64,000 bases of DNA from a virus. Of this stretch, positions 8,824 through 18,039 are shown in pieces (the first letter of the stretch is position 1; the number at the start of each line of letters is the position of its first letter). The stretch spans positions 32,001-96,000 of the IMG/VR virus record IMGVR_UViG_3300031954_000001; one strand, given 5' to 3'. Position numbers and translations under genes: made by a program. A model generated the notes under the pieces. It did no database searches and was not told the DNA's origin. It saw only the letters and a program-made list of their open reading frames with translations.

Positions 8824-9349
8824 CGCGCACCGCCCGGGACCTGGTCAGCGGGTCGGGCAGCCCGCAGTTACGCACCGCGCAGTACAGGCAGTGCCAGGCC
8901 GCGCTCTTGGCGTGGCGCATCGGCGCGGCCGAGCACACGTCCAGGAGCCCGGACGCGGCCAGCCGCGCGTCGCCCGCGTCCACCCAGGGCTTGACCTCGG
9001 ACGCCCGGCGGACGAAGACGGGAATGCCATCGCCGCGGCAGGCCGCTTCCATGCCCTGCACCTGGCGCTGGATCCGGCCCGGGCTGGTACCGTGCAGCCC
9101 GGACGCCTTGGGCCGGTTGTCGAACGCCTCGATCTGAACGGCACTGATCGCCGACGCGAGGCAGACACCGGGCCGGCCCGTGGTGTAGGAGCGGATGAGC
9201 ATGGCCAGCAGCTCGGTGGCGCCGCCGTAGCCATCCGCCTGCCAGGCCCGCGCCCACCGGCACTTGCGCGTGCCAGGTTCCCAGCCGGCCATCAGGAACC
9301 CGGCCACGTCTCCGGGGTCGATGCCGAGCACGATGATCTGGTTGCTCAT
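8810..9349 (-). CDS. RuvC-like Holliday junction resolvase
   Basis: VLGIDPG, VQIEAF, H...A..H motifs; ATGA-coupled start at 9349. Confidence 0.75.
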   Translation of the reverse strand: MSNQIIVLGIDPGDVAGFLMAGWEPGTRKCRWARAWQADGYGGATELLAMLIRSYTTGRPGVCLASAISAVQIEAFDNRPKASGLHGTSPGRIQRQVQGMEAACRGDGIPVFVRRASEVKPWVDAGDARLAASGLLDVCSAAPMRHAKSAAWHCLYCAVRNCGLPDPLTRSRAVRDATG

Positions 9350-9831
9350 GACCGCCTCCCGGCCCCGGCGTGGGCCGCCATCAGGAACAGCAGCGCGCCC
9401 GGGAACGCCATCGGCCAGGTCACCGGGTAGGACGCGATCAGGGCCACCAGGGCGCATACGGTGAGCACCGCAGCCAGCACGAGCGCCCGGTCCCGCCGCA
9501 GCTGGCGGATCCGGTCCGCGTCCTCCCCCGTGGCGTACGTGACCTCGCGCAGCCGCCCGAGACGGTCCCGGCGCCGGACGGTCATCAGGCCCGGCACCGG
9601 CAGCGGGAACGGCACCGAGCCGGTCAGAGCGCGCAGCTCCAGGCAGTACACGCACAGCTTCTGCCCCTGGGCCAGCGGCGGGCGGTGGCACGACGCGCAG
9701 CACCCGGCCGGGGCCTGGTCCTGCTCCTGTTCCTGCGCCCGGTCCGGGATCTCGCTCAGCTCGGCGAGGAACGCGGCGGTGATGTCCATGGCCCGCGCGG
9801 TCTCGTCGCTGTACAGCCAGAACTCGCTCAT
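9346..9831 (-). CDS. Membrane protein with CxxC...CxxC motif
   Basis: Two hydrophobic C-terminal segments; coupled start/stop. Confidence 0.6.
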   Translation of the reverse strand: MSEFWLYSDETARAMDITAAFLAELSEIPDRAQEQEQDQAPAGCCASCHRPPLAQGQKLCVYCLELRALTGSVPFPLPVPGLMTVRRRDRLGRLREVTYATGEDADRIRQLRRDRALVLAAVLTVCALVALIASYPVTWPMAFPGALLFLMAAHAGAGRRS

Positions 9832-10031
9832 ACGATCACCCCCTTCGTGGCGTGCCAGCGGTGGTAGGCCGTGATCGCGTCGCGGGCCGGGAACAGCTCG
9901 CGGATCTCGATCCAGTCATGCCGGGGCTGGCCGCGCGTGGCGATCCGGCGGCAGGAACATGACAGGCCGATCTTGTGATCGGTGAACCGGAGCACGATGT
10001 GGTGCCCGGTGACGCCTATGAGCGCGGTCAT
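9828..10031 (-). CDS. Hypothetical protein
   Basis: Coupled small ORF with CSC motif. Confidence 0.55.
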   Translation of the reverse strand: MTALIGVTGHHIVLRFTDHKIGLSCSCRRIATRGQPRHDWIEIRELFPARDAITAYHRWHATKGVIV

Positions 10032-10699
10032 CAGTCCTCCGGTTCCGGGCGCTCGCGCGGCACCCGGCCGAGCGCCTTGGCCAGCCCGGCGATGAAGTAG
10101 CCCCAGGTGCGGTCGGGGTCCTTGGTCCGGTGCTGGATGGCGAGCAGCCCGGTGATGACCACGTCGGCCAGCTCGCAGAGCATCCGGTGGCCCGCGTCCG
10201 GGTCGTGGCCCTTGCGCGGGTTCTGCCCGGTGGCCAGGATCAGCTCGGCGATCGCCTGGCCGTGGGCGCGCTCGATGAGCGCGAGCATCCGCTCCTCCCG
10301 GGCCTCGGCGATCTCCTCGCTGACCTTGGCGGTCCGTGCCCAGTCCTGGGCGAGCGGGTGATCCTTGTACTCCTGGCTGCAGGCCGCGTCCAGCCAGGTA
10401 TCGACCTCGCGCAGCGCGGCCAGGATCTCGCGCACGTCGTCACCTTCGCGCAGCTCGGGCCAGCGCGGCCGGCGCGCGATCACGTAGCCGCCGTCCTCGA
10501 TGAGGATCTCGTGCGAGGCCAGCTGTGATGTTTCTCCCGGCACGGTCCGGCCGACCGCCGCTCTGGCCAGGTCGGGCGGGTAGCCGAGCCCGGTCAGGAC
10601 GGTGACCGCCTGGGCCATGGTCAGCGGGGTGTCCAGCAGGTCGTCCGGTCCGGCGTCCTCCCAGCTGATACCGTGCATCTCTCCCCATGCGCTGCCCAT
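10031..10699 (-). CDS. MazG-like nucleotide pyrophosphohydrolase with N-terminal extension
   Basis: KVSEE...GQNPRKG...ELADV motifs; TGATG-coupled start at 10699. Confidence 0.75.
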   Translation of the reverse strand: MGSAWGEMHGISWEDAGPDDLLDTPLTMAQAVTVLTGLGYPPDLARAAVGRTVPGETSQLASHEILIEDGGYVIARRPRWPELREGDDVREILAALREVDTWLDAACSQEYKDHPLAQDWARTAKVSEEIAEAREERMLALIERAHGQAIAELILATGQNPRKGHDPDAGHRMLCELADVVITGLLAIQHRTKDPDRTWGYFIAGLAKALGRVPRERPEPED

Positions 10700-11184
10700 C
10701 AGTGCACCCCGCCTTCCCGGGCGTGCCAGCGCATCAGCTCGTCGTAGTTCGCCGCGGCCACGTACAGCCAGCTCGCTTCGGCGCACAGCGTGTCCCAGTC
10801 CGGGTACCACTCGGTGCCCGGCGCGGTCTGGAACACGTGCTCGCGCGGCCCGACGACGACGATCCGGATCGGCTTGCCGTACCGGCGCGCGGCCAGCGCG
10901 TAGCCCAGCTCGGCGTGCCGGCCGCCCTTGCCGCCGCCGTCCTGTTCGGTGAAGCAGATCAGCATCCCGGCGGCGTCGATGTCCTCCAGGTCGCGCAGCG
11001 CGACGCCGGCGCAGTACCCGGGGTCGGCGTCCAGCTGTTCGCGGGTGAACGACCCGCGGCCGTACTTGCCTTCGGGCGCCTCGATCCACCGCGAGGTGAC
11101 CGTGTGGCCCTTCATCTGCAGCGAGGTACGGATGGCCCGCATGTACTCGTGCCGGCTGTACCTGGCGGCCAGGTAGATGATCAC
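10699..11184 (-). CDS. Nucleoside 2-deoxyribosyltransferase / nucleotide N-glycosidase-like protein
   Basis: IYLAA, DLEDIDAA, GGRHAELGYALA motifs; GTG start at 11184. Confidence 0.8.
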   Translation of the reverse strand: MIIYLAARYSRHEYMRAIRTSLQMKGHTVTSRWIEAPEGKYGRGSFTREQLDADPGYCAGVALRDLEDIDAAGMLICFTEQDGGGKGGRHAELGYALAARRYGKPIRIVVVGPREHVFQTAPGTEWYPDWDTLCAEASWLYVAAANYDELMRWHAREGGVH

Positions 11185-11384
11185 GGCGTTGCCTCCTCGC
11201 GGGCCGGCGTCTTGACGGCCGGTCCCTGGATCTCCAGGGTGACGTCGCCGATCTCCAGCCGCAGGGCCTTGTGGTAGAAGCCGTCCACGGTGGTGTGGGA
11301 GGTCTCGATGCCGTCCCACGCCCGCAGCTGGTCTTCCAGGTGCTTGTACTGCCTGTAGTTCAGGCTGAGGTAGATGTCGGTCAC
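11181..11384 (-). CDS. Hypothetical protein
   Basis: GAACAGGAGCAGGAGAC before GTG 11384. Confidence 0.6.
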   Translation of the reverse strand: MTDIYLSLNYRQYKHLEDQLRAWDGIETSHTTVDGFYHKALRLEIGDVTLEIQGPAVKTPAREEATP

Positions 11385-11408
11385 GTCTCCTGCTCCTGTT
11401 CTCGTTGC

Positions 11409-11422
11409 TCCCATCAGTGGGA
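11409..11422. promoter_or_regulatory. Dyad site TCCCATCAGTGGGA (copy 2)
   Basis: Overlaps the stop of 11414..11704. Confidence 0.75.
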
Positions 11423-11704
11423 AGTTCTGGCCCGCTCGCCCTCGCGGAGCGTTTCCCGGATCGCCTGCTCGGTGCTGACGGATTCGCGGCCCGGCTCGTC
11501 CAGGCCCAGGCCGCTGCGCAGCGCTGCGTACGGGCCGCACAGCAGATCGGCCACTACCCGGATCAGCGGCTCGGCTCCGCCCTCGCCGGCCAGGGCGCAG
11601 GCGTGCAGCCCGTCGATCAGCGCCGCCAGGTCAGGGACCGGGTCGTACCCTCGCCTGGGTGTGAAAGGAATCCGCAGCTCTCCGCCGTCTAGTCTGATGC
11701 TCAC
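11414..11704 (-). CDS. Hypothetical protein
   Basis: AGGAGG RBS, GTG start. Confidence 0.55.
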   Translation of the reverse strand: MSIRLDGGELRIPFTPRRGYDPVPDLAALIDGLHACALAGEGGAEPLIRVVADLLCGPYAALRSGLGLDEPGRESVSTEQAIRETLREGERARTSH

Positions 11705-11722
11705 CTGATGCCTCCTGCTCTC

Positions 11723-12244
11723 TTACCAGTTCTCCGGTCCGTGTTTCCACGTTTTCCCTAGCTTGATAGCACTTATAGCCTGATCACCAACACCGAATAG
11801 TTTTCCTATAGCTCGCTGCGACATCTTATTTTCCGTAAACATGCGCCTTATCTCGCATACTTCCACCCAGGTCAGTTGTGCATTCCCGTTTCGCGCACCT
11901 CTATTTGTTACGTGGTCCCTGACTTTATCCGCACAATTCTGTTCCGGGGTCCCCCAGTAAAGGTTCTCTGGCCACCGGTTATCCAGGCTGCCTCCCGGCC
12001 CGTGGCAGGCTTGCTGACCAGCAGGCCGCGGACCAGCAAACGCGAGTAGCACCAAGGTATGGACAGCTATACTTCCCCTGTTCCCCGGGCCTGCGTTCAG
12101 GCACACTTGATAGTAACCATCATGGATAACAGGCCGGAGTATGCGTCCCGGAGTCCCGCGCCTGCGTGAAGACCTTATAAGACCCTTATTGCTCGCCTCG
12201 TAAAATCCTTCATATCCTGGGACAGGAAGCCACATTTCGTTCAT
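11723..12244 (-). CDS. NUMOD4-HNH homing endonuclease with C-terminal HTH
   Basis: W.PVPGYEG.YEASN.G.IRS; H.LVLLAF.G...H...DNR..NL.W; visibly lower GC than neighbours. Confidence 0.9.
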   Translation of the reverse strand: MNEMWLPVPGYEGFYEASNKGLIRSSRRRGTPGRILRPVIHDGYYQVCLNAGPGNRGSIAVHTLVLLAFAGPRPAGQQACHGPGGSLDNRWPENLYWGTPEQNCADKVRDHVTNRGARNGNAQLTWVEVCEIRRMFTENKMSQRAIGKLFGVGDQAISAIKLGKTWKHGPENW

Positions 12245-12249
12245 GACAG

Positions 12250-14055
12250 CTATTTTATCCCTCCTAGCAACTCTCGTACCACACGTACATCTCGTACCAA
12301 TTGGCCTAGCTGTCCAGCTTTTTCACGAAGAACATCTCTGCGACGCTGGTCCACTGTTCCCCTGGTCACGACGTCCACGATTTCGAGGTGGTCGTGGATT
12401 TCCGCGCCGATCCGGTCGATCCGTCCTTCCGGCTGGATGGCCAGGTCCAGCTGCCAGGATCGCTGCAGCATGACCGCGCAGTTCCCGGCGGTCAGCGTGA
12501 TGCCGACGCCGCCCGCGCCAGCGGTGCACATGATGACGTCCAGCCGGCCTGCCTGGAAGTCCGTGACGGCCTGCTGGCGGGTCGCGCGGGTGATACCGTC
12601 CGCGCCGGTCCCCACGATATAACCGGTCCGGTAGCCAGCCTGCTCGCAGTGCTCCCCGGTGAGCATGGCCAGCTGCCGGGACTCGGTGAACACCGCAGTC
12701 GGCTGCCCGGGCCGCTCGGTCAGGATGCCCAGCAGCGTCTCGGCCTTCCAGCACGGCCGCTTGAGCCGCACGTGGTAATGCTTGACCAGCAGCCCGGTGT
12801 CCGGGTCGATTTCCTCGGTGACCGTGACGTCGGCCGCGCTGGACGCGAGCTGGGACAGCCGGGTGAGTTGCGCAAGCGTGGACATGACCGGGAGCTCGCC
12901 GCCGTCCGGGAGCTCGGCGAGCATTTCCCGTTCCATGCCGTCGTACGCGCGCCGCCACTCATCCGGCATCTCCGGGCGGCGCACCGAGTAGATCTTCGGC
13001 GGCAGCTGATCCAGCACGTCGGCCTTGGCCCGGCGCAGGATCTGGCCGTCCAGGCAGGCGAAGAACTCGGCCTCCATCTCCGGGCGCAGGCCCAGGATGA
13101 CGTCCTCGCCCTGGCCGGACGGATCTTTCCGGATAGCGATGTAACGACCTTTGGCCCGGTCCCAAGACGGCCAGCTCGCGTGGTCCAGGCAGGCCAGCGC
13201 CGGGTAGACGTTCTTCATGGAGTGCGTGACCAGGGTGCCGGACGCGGCGATGAAGGCATCCGCATGGCGCGCGATCCGCTGCACCGCCTGGGACTGCTGT
13301 GACCGGTCATTGCCGCACATGTGTGCCTCGTCAGCGATCACGGTGGTCGGCTTCAGCCCCGGCAGCAGGTCGCGGGCGTCCTTCGCGTCTCGTCTTGCGG
13401 TCGCGTAGGTAGTGATCAGGATCCAGTTCCGGTCCCGCCAGCCCCTGACGCGGGCGCGGCTGGCGCCCTGGTGCATGACCGGTTCCGGCCAGCGGGGCAT
13501 CCACTCGCGGATATGGCTATCCCAGACATCACCGACATCCCAGCCTGGGACCACGATGATCATGGGGAAGATCTCGTGCCCGGCCTGGCGCCGGGCTTCC
13601 AGGCCCAGCAGCGAGATGACCGTTTTACCGGTCCCTACTTCGTGCAGCAGCAGCACCTTGCCGGCCGCGGCCAGCGCGGCGGCGTCTTGCGCCTGGAAGT
13701 CGTACGGCTTGAGCCAGGGCGGGCAGACGTCGGGGGGCAGCGGCGGCGGCGGCGTCATCCGGCGGATCGCCTCGGCCATGATCCACTCAGCCAGCTTCGG
13801 CTGCGGATTCCACGTCGCGCGTGACCCGTTGCCGCTGAACATGCGGCCGATCTGCGTGACGGTAGCCCAGGTGGCCGGGACGAGCAGCACGTCCATGTTC
13901 CGGCTGCCGTCGTCGTTGCGGGGGTGCTCGCCGAGCGCAGTCAGGTACTGCAGCCGGGTTGCGGCCAGCTTCAGGCCGAAGTCGTCAGCCGCCGCTGCGA
14001 CCAGGGCGATCTGATCTCCGGCTACGTTAAGTTCGCCAAAAAGTGCTGCGGTCAT
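12250..14055 (-). CDS. SNF2-family (SF2) DNA helicase
   Basis: HEVGTGKT, DEAH, SGT, QPEGRIDRIG; ATGA-coupled start at 14055. Confidence 0.9.
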   Translation of the reverse strand: MTAALFGELNVAGDQIALVAAAADDFGLKLAATRLQYLTALGEHPRNDDGSRNMDVLLVPATWATVTQIGRMFSGNGSRATWNPQPKLAEWIMAEAIRRMTPPPPLPPDVCPPWLKPYDFQAQDAAALAAAGKVLLLHEVGTGKTVISLLGLEARRQAGHEIFPMIIVVPGWDVGDVWDSHIREWMPRWPEPVMHQGASRARVRGWRDRNWILITTYATARRDAKDARDLLPGLKPTTVIADEAHMCGNDRSQQSQAVQRIARHADAFIAASGTLVTHSMKNVYPALACLDHASWPSWDRAKGRYIAIRKDPSGQGEDVILGLRPEMEAEFFACLDGQILRRAKADVLDQLPPKIYSVRRPEMPDEWRRAYDGMEREMLAELPDGGELPVMSTLAQLTRLSQLASSAADVTVTEEIDPDTGLLVKHYHVRLKRPCWKAETLLGILTERPGQPTAVFTESRQLAMLTGEHCEQAGYRTGYIVGTGADGITRATRQQAVTDFQAGRLDVIMCTAGAGGVGITLTAGNCAVMLQRSWQLDLAIQPEGRIDRIGAEIHDHLEIVDVVTRGTVDQRRRDVLREKAGQLGQLVRDVRVVRELLGGIK

Positions 14056-14282
14056 CTTGTTCCCGCGTCCCCGGGCAGCCCGCACATGGGCACAAGCATC
14101 AGCTCCGGAAGCGGGATGCCGATGGTCTCGTCCAGGACGCAACAGCACTCCGGGCAGCGGCAGTGGGCCTGCCACGAGTGGCCGCCCTCGGCGCTGGAGC
14201 GGATCCCGCAGTGATGACCACGCTCGCCGTGGCTGGCCACGGCAGCGCACTCGGCGGGGAGGCCGGTGGTGACGTCGCTCAT
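14052..14282 (-). CDS. Small Cys/His-rich protein
   Basis: Multiple C/H pairs; GGAGG RBS. Confidence 0.55.
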   Translation of the reverse strand: MSDVTTGLPAECAAVASHGERGHHCGIRSSAEGGHSWQAHCRCPECCCVLDETIGIPLPELMLVPMCGLPGDAGTR

Positions 14283-14311
14283 GAAGCCCTCCGGGCAGTG
14301 GAGGGGCCGCA

Positions 14312-14345
14312 GCCGGGCCGCTCGCGCGAGCGCGGGCGGCCCGGC
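14312..14345 (-). terminator. GC-rich hairpin after the SSB-like gene
   Basis: GCCGGGCCGC...GCGGCCCGGC inverted repeat. Confidence 0.4.
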
Positions 14346-14361
14346 CGGACCGTTCGGGTGG

Positions 14362-15555
14362 TTACTGCGTGATCGTGCCGTCAGGCAGCACGATGCGGCC
14401 GTCGCCCAGGGCGATGGGCTGGCCGCTGACCTTCGCCAGGTTGGCCGCGCCGGCTTCGTCCATGCCCTGCGGAGCGGCGAGCGCCTGGACCGGGGCGGGC
14501 TGCACCGGGGCGGGCTGGGCGTACTGTGCCATGACGGGCTGCACCGGGGCGGGCTGCGCGTACTGCTGCGCCGGCTGGGCGTACTGCTGCTGGTCGGCTG
14601 GCTGGACGGCCGGCTGGCCGGGAGCGACCGCGCCGTAGACGGGCTGCGGCGGCGGGGCCGGGGCCTGGTACGCGGCGGGCTGGACCGGGGCAGGCTGAGC
14701 GTACTGCTGCGCCGGCTGGCCGGGCAGCTGCTGCGTGGCCGGCTGCGCGTACTGCGTGACCGGTGCCTGCTGCGGGAGCTGGGTGACCGTGGCCATGGCG
14801 GGCTGCGGGGCCGCAGCGGGGACGGCCTGCTGGGTGACGGGGACCTGGCCGTTCTGGCCGGGGCGCCGGTAGACGACCGAGTGCACGCACTGGTCGTTCA
14901 GCCCGGGCACCGGCCGCCGACTCTCGAACCGGATGGTGACCTGGGCGCCGCCCTCGGGGATGCGGGCCTGCTGCAGCGGCTGACCCGGCGCGCTGATGGT
15001 GGTGAGCGGCACGCCGGCCATTTCCATCGCCCGGTTCAGCTCGTCCCGGTCCGCGCCCATGACGTGCCAGACTGCCATGCCGTCGCCGAACTCCAGGCTC
15101 TGCTGGACCGCGAGCGGCAGGATCATCTTCATCATCGGCGTGTGGCCGTCGCCGAAGAACTTCGGCTGCTTGGTCCGCATGTCCGTCTGCTGTTCCAGGT
15201 CGTTGGACGTGATCGTCCACCGGATCGTGCCGGTGAGCGCCTGACCGGGCGGCTTGGGCATCTGGTAGGTGCCGTGCAGGAAGGTGTTGATCGACTTGCC
15301 CTTGCCGCCGCCGGGCTGGCTGTAGTAGCCGCCGAGGGTGCCGGTTACCCGCTGCACCGGCTGCTGGGCCTGCTGCGGGTAGCCGCCCTGCGGCTGCTGC
15401 GGGTACGGCTGCTGCGGGTAGCCCTGGCCGGGCTGCTGCGGGTACGGCTGGGCGGGCTGCGGCTGGGCGGGCTGCTGCGGGTACGGCTGCTGCGGGTACG
15501 GCTGCTGCGGGTACGGCTGCTGCTGGTCGGGGTACGGCTGGTTCGGGTAGCCCAT
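14362..15555 (-). CDS. Probable ssDNA-binding protein with Q/P/Y-rich disordered arms
   Basis: QQPYP and QQYAQPA repeats flank a beta-rich core; lies between exonuclease and helicase; AAAGGA RBS. Confidence 0.6.
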   Translation of the reverse strand: MGYPNQPYPDQQQPYPQQPYPQQPYPQQPAQPQPAQPYPQQPGQGYPQQPYPQQPQGGYPQQAQQPVQRVTGTLGGYYSQPGGGKGKSINTFLHGTYQMPKPPGQALTGTIRWTITSNDLEQQTDMRTKQPKFFGDGHTPMMKMILPLAVQQSLEFGDGMAVWHVMGADRDELNRAMEMAGVPLTTISAPGQPLQQARIPEGGAQVTIRFESRRPVPGLNDQCVHSVVYRRPGQNGQVPVTQQAVPAAAPQPAMATVTQLPQQAPVTQYAQPATQQLPGQPAQQYAQPAPVQPAAYQAPAPPPQPVYGAVAPGQPAVQPADQQQYAQPAQQYAQPAPVQPVMAQYAQPAPVQPAPVQALAAPQGMDEAGAANLAKVSGQPIALGDGRIVLPDGTITQ

Positions 15556-15695
15556 GACGGGTCCTTTCGGTGGTCGCAGCGGCTGCGGTGTGCAGGCTGG
15601 CAGGGTGTTCCGGTGGCGTTTCCGTTACCGTGGTGAGAATACTGTATCGCATACCGCGTCGGGTGCGCGAGATACCGGGTAAGCCAGATATTCAG

Positions 15696-16544
15696 TTATG
15701 CGGCCGGCGGGTACGGGACACCCGCAGGCCAGTCAGCGGGGGCGCTGTGCCCCGGGCAGCCGTGCTCGTGGTCGCCGTCCCTGGCCGCCTCGGCTCTGAA
15801 ATAGCCGCAAAAGTAACACTCGTCGCCCCCGGGTGTGCGGGGCACCATGCCGATGGTCATCGTCCGGTTGAGGATCTGCTGGGCGACCCAGCGGCGGGCC
15901 TCGGTCTGCTGCAGGATCTCGATGACCTTCGCGTCGTCTTCCGGGGTAATCCAGTGATCCCACAGGTACATCTCGGACAGCCGCGAGGCGGTCCGCGGCA
16001 TCGACGCCAGCGCCACCCGCTCCACCTCGAACCCGGCGTTGCGCCAGCCCCAGGCGTACAGCAGGAGCTGGATCACGTAGCGCTGCGGCGGGCCTTCCGG
16101 GCGGCGCGTCTTGGCCTGGCTCGTCGGTCCCTGCAGCTTCCAGTCCACGACGGTTTTCTCGGCCACGTCATACACGTCCGAGGTGCCCGGGTAATCCGGG
16201 TGCGGGCTGACCCGCTTCTCAGTCAGCCACCGCAGCTCCCCGTTCAGCGCGTTCTCGTTCTCGAAAAACTGGGCGAGGATCGCGTGCACCCCGGTCCCGA
16301 CCACCGAGGCCCACGGGTCGGCGGTGTGGTTGGTGACCGGCTCCTCGATCAGCTTGGACACCACCTGCCTATCGCACACCGCGCCCAGCTCGGACGGCCC
16401 GAGCCGGCGCTGCACGGTGCGCGGCATCCGGTGCGCTTGCCGGACGATCACCTCGCGCAGGTCCATGGCGTAGCGGGCGCCCCAGTCGGTGGCCGCTCCG
16501 GGCGGCGTCGGGCTGCGGCCGAAGTAGTCCGTCATCTGCGTCAT
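15696..16544 (-). CDS. Cas4-like PD-(D/E)xK exonuclease
   Basis: PSELG.C.R, GT.VH, GTSD, DWK, Q...Y, C.FC...C. Confidence 0.85.
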   Translation of the reverse strand: MTQMTDYFGRSPTPPGAATDWGARYAMDLREVIVRQAHRMPRTVQRRLGPSELGAVCDRQVVSKLIEEPVTNHTADPWASVVGTGVHAILAQFFENENALNGELRWLTEKRVSPHPDYPGTSDVYDVAEKTVVDWKLQGPTSQAKTRRPEGPPQRYVIQLLLYAWGWRNAGFEVERVALASMPRTASRLSEMYLWDHWITPEDDAKVIEILQQTEARRWVAQQILNRTMTIGMVPRTPGGDECYFCGYFRAEAARDGDHEHGCPGHSAPADWPAGVPYPPAA

Positions 16545-16556
16545 GAGCCCACCTTG

Positions 16557-16778
16557 TCACCCGGTACTGTCATTCCGGTGCCGGGCGCGCCGGCGGATCC
16601 CGGTGAGGGCCAGCGCGCGCTCGTACGCTCGCCTGCTCATGTGCCGGGCCGGGTTCGGGTGATCCTTCGGCCGCCAGCACACCGGGAACGGGTCCAGCTC
16701 GGCCGGGTCCAGCGCGTCGCGCGGCCGGGCCAGCTCGTAGTACTCCACGGGCTCCAGGCAGCGAGGCGTGCTGATCAT
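16557..16778 (-). CDS. Hypothetical protein
   Basis: ATGA-coupled start at 16778. Confidence 0.5.
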   Translation of the reverse strand: MISTPRCLEPVEYYELARPRDALDPAELDPFPVCWRPKDHPNPARHMSRRAYERALALTGIRRRARHRNDSTG

Positions 16779-17197
16779 CGTGGCGGTCCCAGCACCCAGC
16801 CGCCCTTTGCGTCGCGGTAGGACTCGTAGACGCCCGGGTGGTCGGCGTCGAACCGGTCCCGGTTGAACCGGCGCTCGATCTTCCAGTCCAGGTTCCACGG
16901 CGGCCGGGCCGACGTGCCGGCGAACCGGATGTGCGCGGGGATCGTGCCGCCGTTGATCGCGGTGGCGGCGGCGACGCCCTGCGCCTTGATGTCGGCGATC
17001 AGCTGATCGCGTGCCTTCTCGGCGTCGGTGACGGCGGCCTTGGCCAGCTCCAGCTCGTCCAGCATCCGCGCGAGCTCGGTGCCCGGCTGCGGGTTCAGCG
17101 TGACCGGCGGCGGGGCCGGCGGGCGGGCGTAGGTGGTGGCGGCCTGCGGCTGCGCAGGGTCGTACGGCAGCGCAGGACTGTATTGCGGGACTCCCAT
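16775..17197 (-). CDS. Coiled-coil protein resembling YqaJ C-terminal/Gp157-like recombination accessory
   Basis: Coiled-coil then RF....F..DHP.VY..Y motif. Confidence 0.55.
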   Translation of the reverse strand: MGVPQYSPALPYDPAQPQAATTYARPPAPPPVTLNPQPGTELARMLDELELAKAAVTDAEKARDQLIADIKAQGVAAATAINGGTIPAHIRFAGTSARPPWNLDWKIERRFNRDRFDADHPGVYESYRDAKGGWVLGPPR

Positions 17198-17338
17198 CAC
17201 GGCTCTCCCTGGTCTCCTGATCGTCTTCGTCCGTCTACCGTACCTCCGCCCGCTGACATTTTCACGGGCTCCGGCGTGTCCGGGCATATGCTCGCCTCAG
17301 AGCACGCGCACGATCAGGAGAGCGACGAGGAGACCGGC

Positions 17339-17893
17339 ATGGCCGTGGTCAGGATCGAGGACGAGCACGCGGTTTACGAGTTCGAGGGCGAGGTGATCGC
17401 GGGCGGCCCGGACAGCCCGGTGAGCACCGCCCTGGACGCCCGGCAGCGGCACCGGGCACGGTGGATGGAAGCCGTCCTCTATATCAAGCCGGACAAGATG
17501 TACGTGCTGTGGGAAGCGAACTACAGCCTCGTCTGGCATCAGATCGACGGCGGCGGCCACGTCCGCAAACCGCAGGAGGTGCCGTGGAGCCAGCTGGACC
17601 GCAACGCCGTCTACTGCGGCGCGCTGCCAGCCCGGGAAGGCCGCGAATCCTGCCCGCCGGGTCCGCGCCGCGGCCCGAAGGGCATCGGCCGGATCGTGCT
17701 GGCCGAGCTGCCCCAGCACCGGGTGTCCTCCTACCCGGACCACCACGCGGTGATCCGGCGGATGACCCTGGCCCAGCGCGGTGACGGGTCCATGTCCGCC
17801 GCGCTGAGCGAGCCGATGAGCGAGCTGCTGCGCCAGGCCCGGCTGAACGACCCGGCGTTCCGCGGCGGCGCCAAGCCGGTGGTGCGTATGTAG
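17339..17893 (+). CDS. Hypothetical protein (first gene of the rightward arm)
   Basis: GAGGAG RBS before ATG 17339. Confidence 0.7.
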   Translation: MAVVRIEDEHAVYEFEGEVIAGGPDSPVSTALDARQRHRARWMEAVLYIKPDKMYVLWEANYSLVWHQIDGGGHVRKPQEVPWSQLDRNAVYCGALPAREGRESCPPGPRRGPKGIGRIVLAELPQHRVSSYPDHHAVIRRMTLAQRGDGSMSAALSEPMSELLRQARLNDPAFRGGAKPVVRM

Positions 17894-18039
17894 ATGCCCG
17901 CGAGGGTGACGAGGAGTTGCACGACAACAGAAGACAGGACATGATCAGCCTGTACGCACACAGGGGAATTAACAGAGCATCAGACTTGTCATGTATACTG
18001 AGTGCAGACCCCTAGAGCTAGGAAGGGGAGGTCGATCAC

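Noticed and set aside
3811-11184. Z-genome (2-aminoadenine) pathway suggested by MazG plus unusual PolA
   Set aside because: No PurZ- or DatZ-like gene in the window
14480-15550. Tandem DNA repeats as a CRISPR or regulatory array
   Set aside because: In-frame coding repeats (QQPYP, QQYAQPA) without unique spacers
15696-16544. Cas4-like gene as evidence of CRISPR-Cas
   Set aside because: No array or other cas genes; solo Cas4-like exonucleases are normal phage recombination genes
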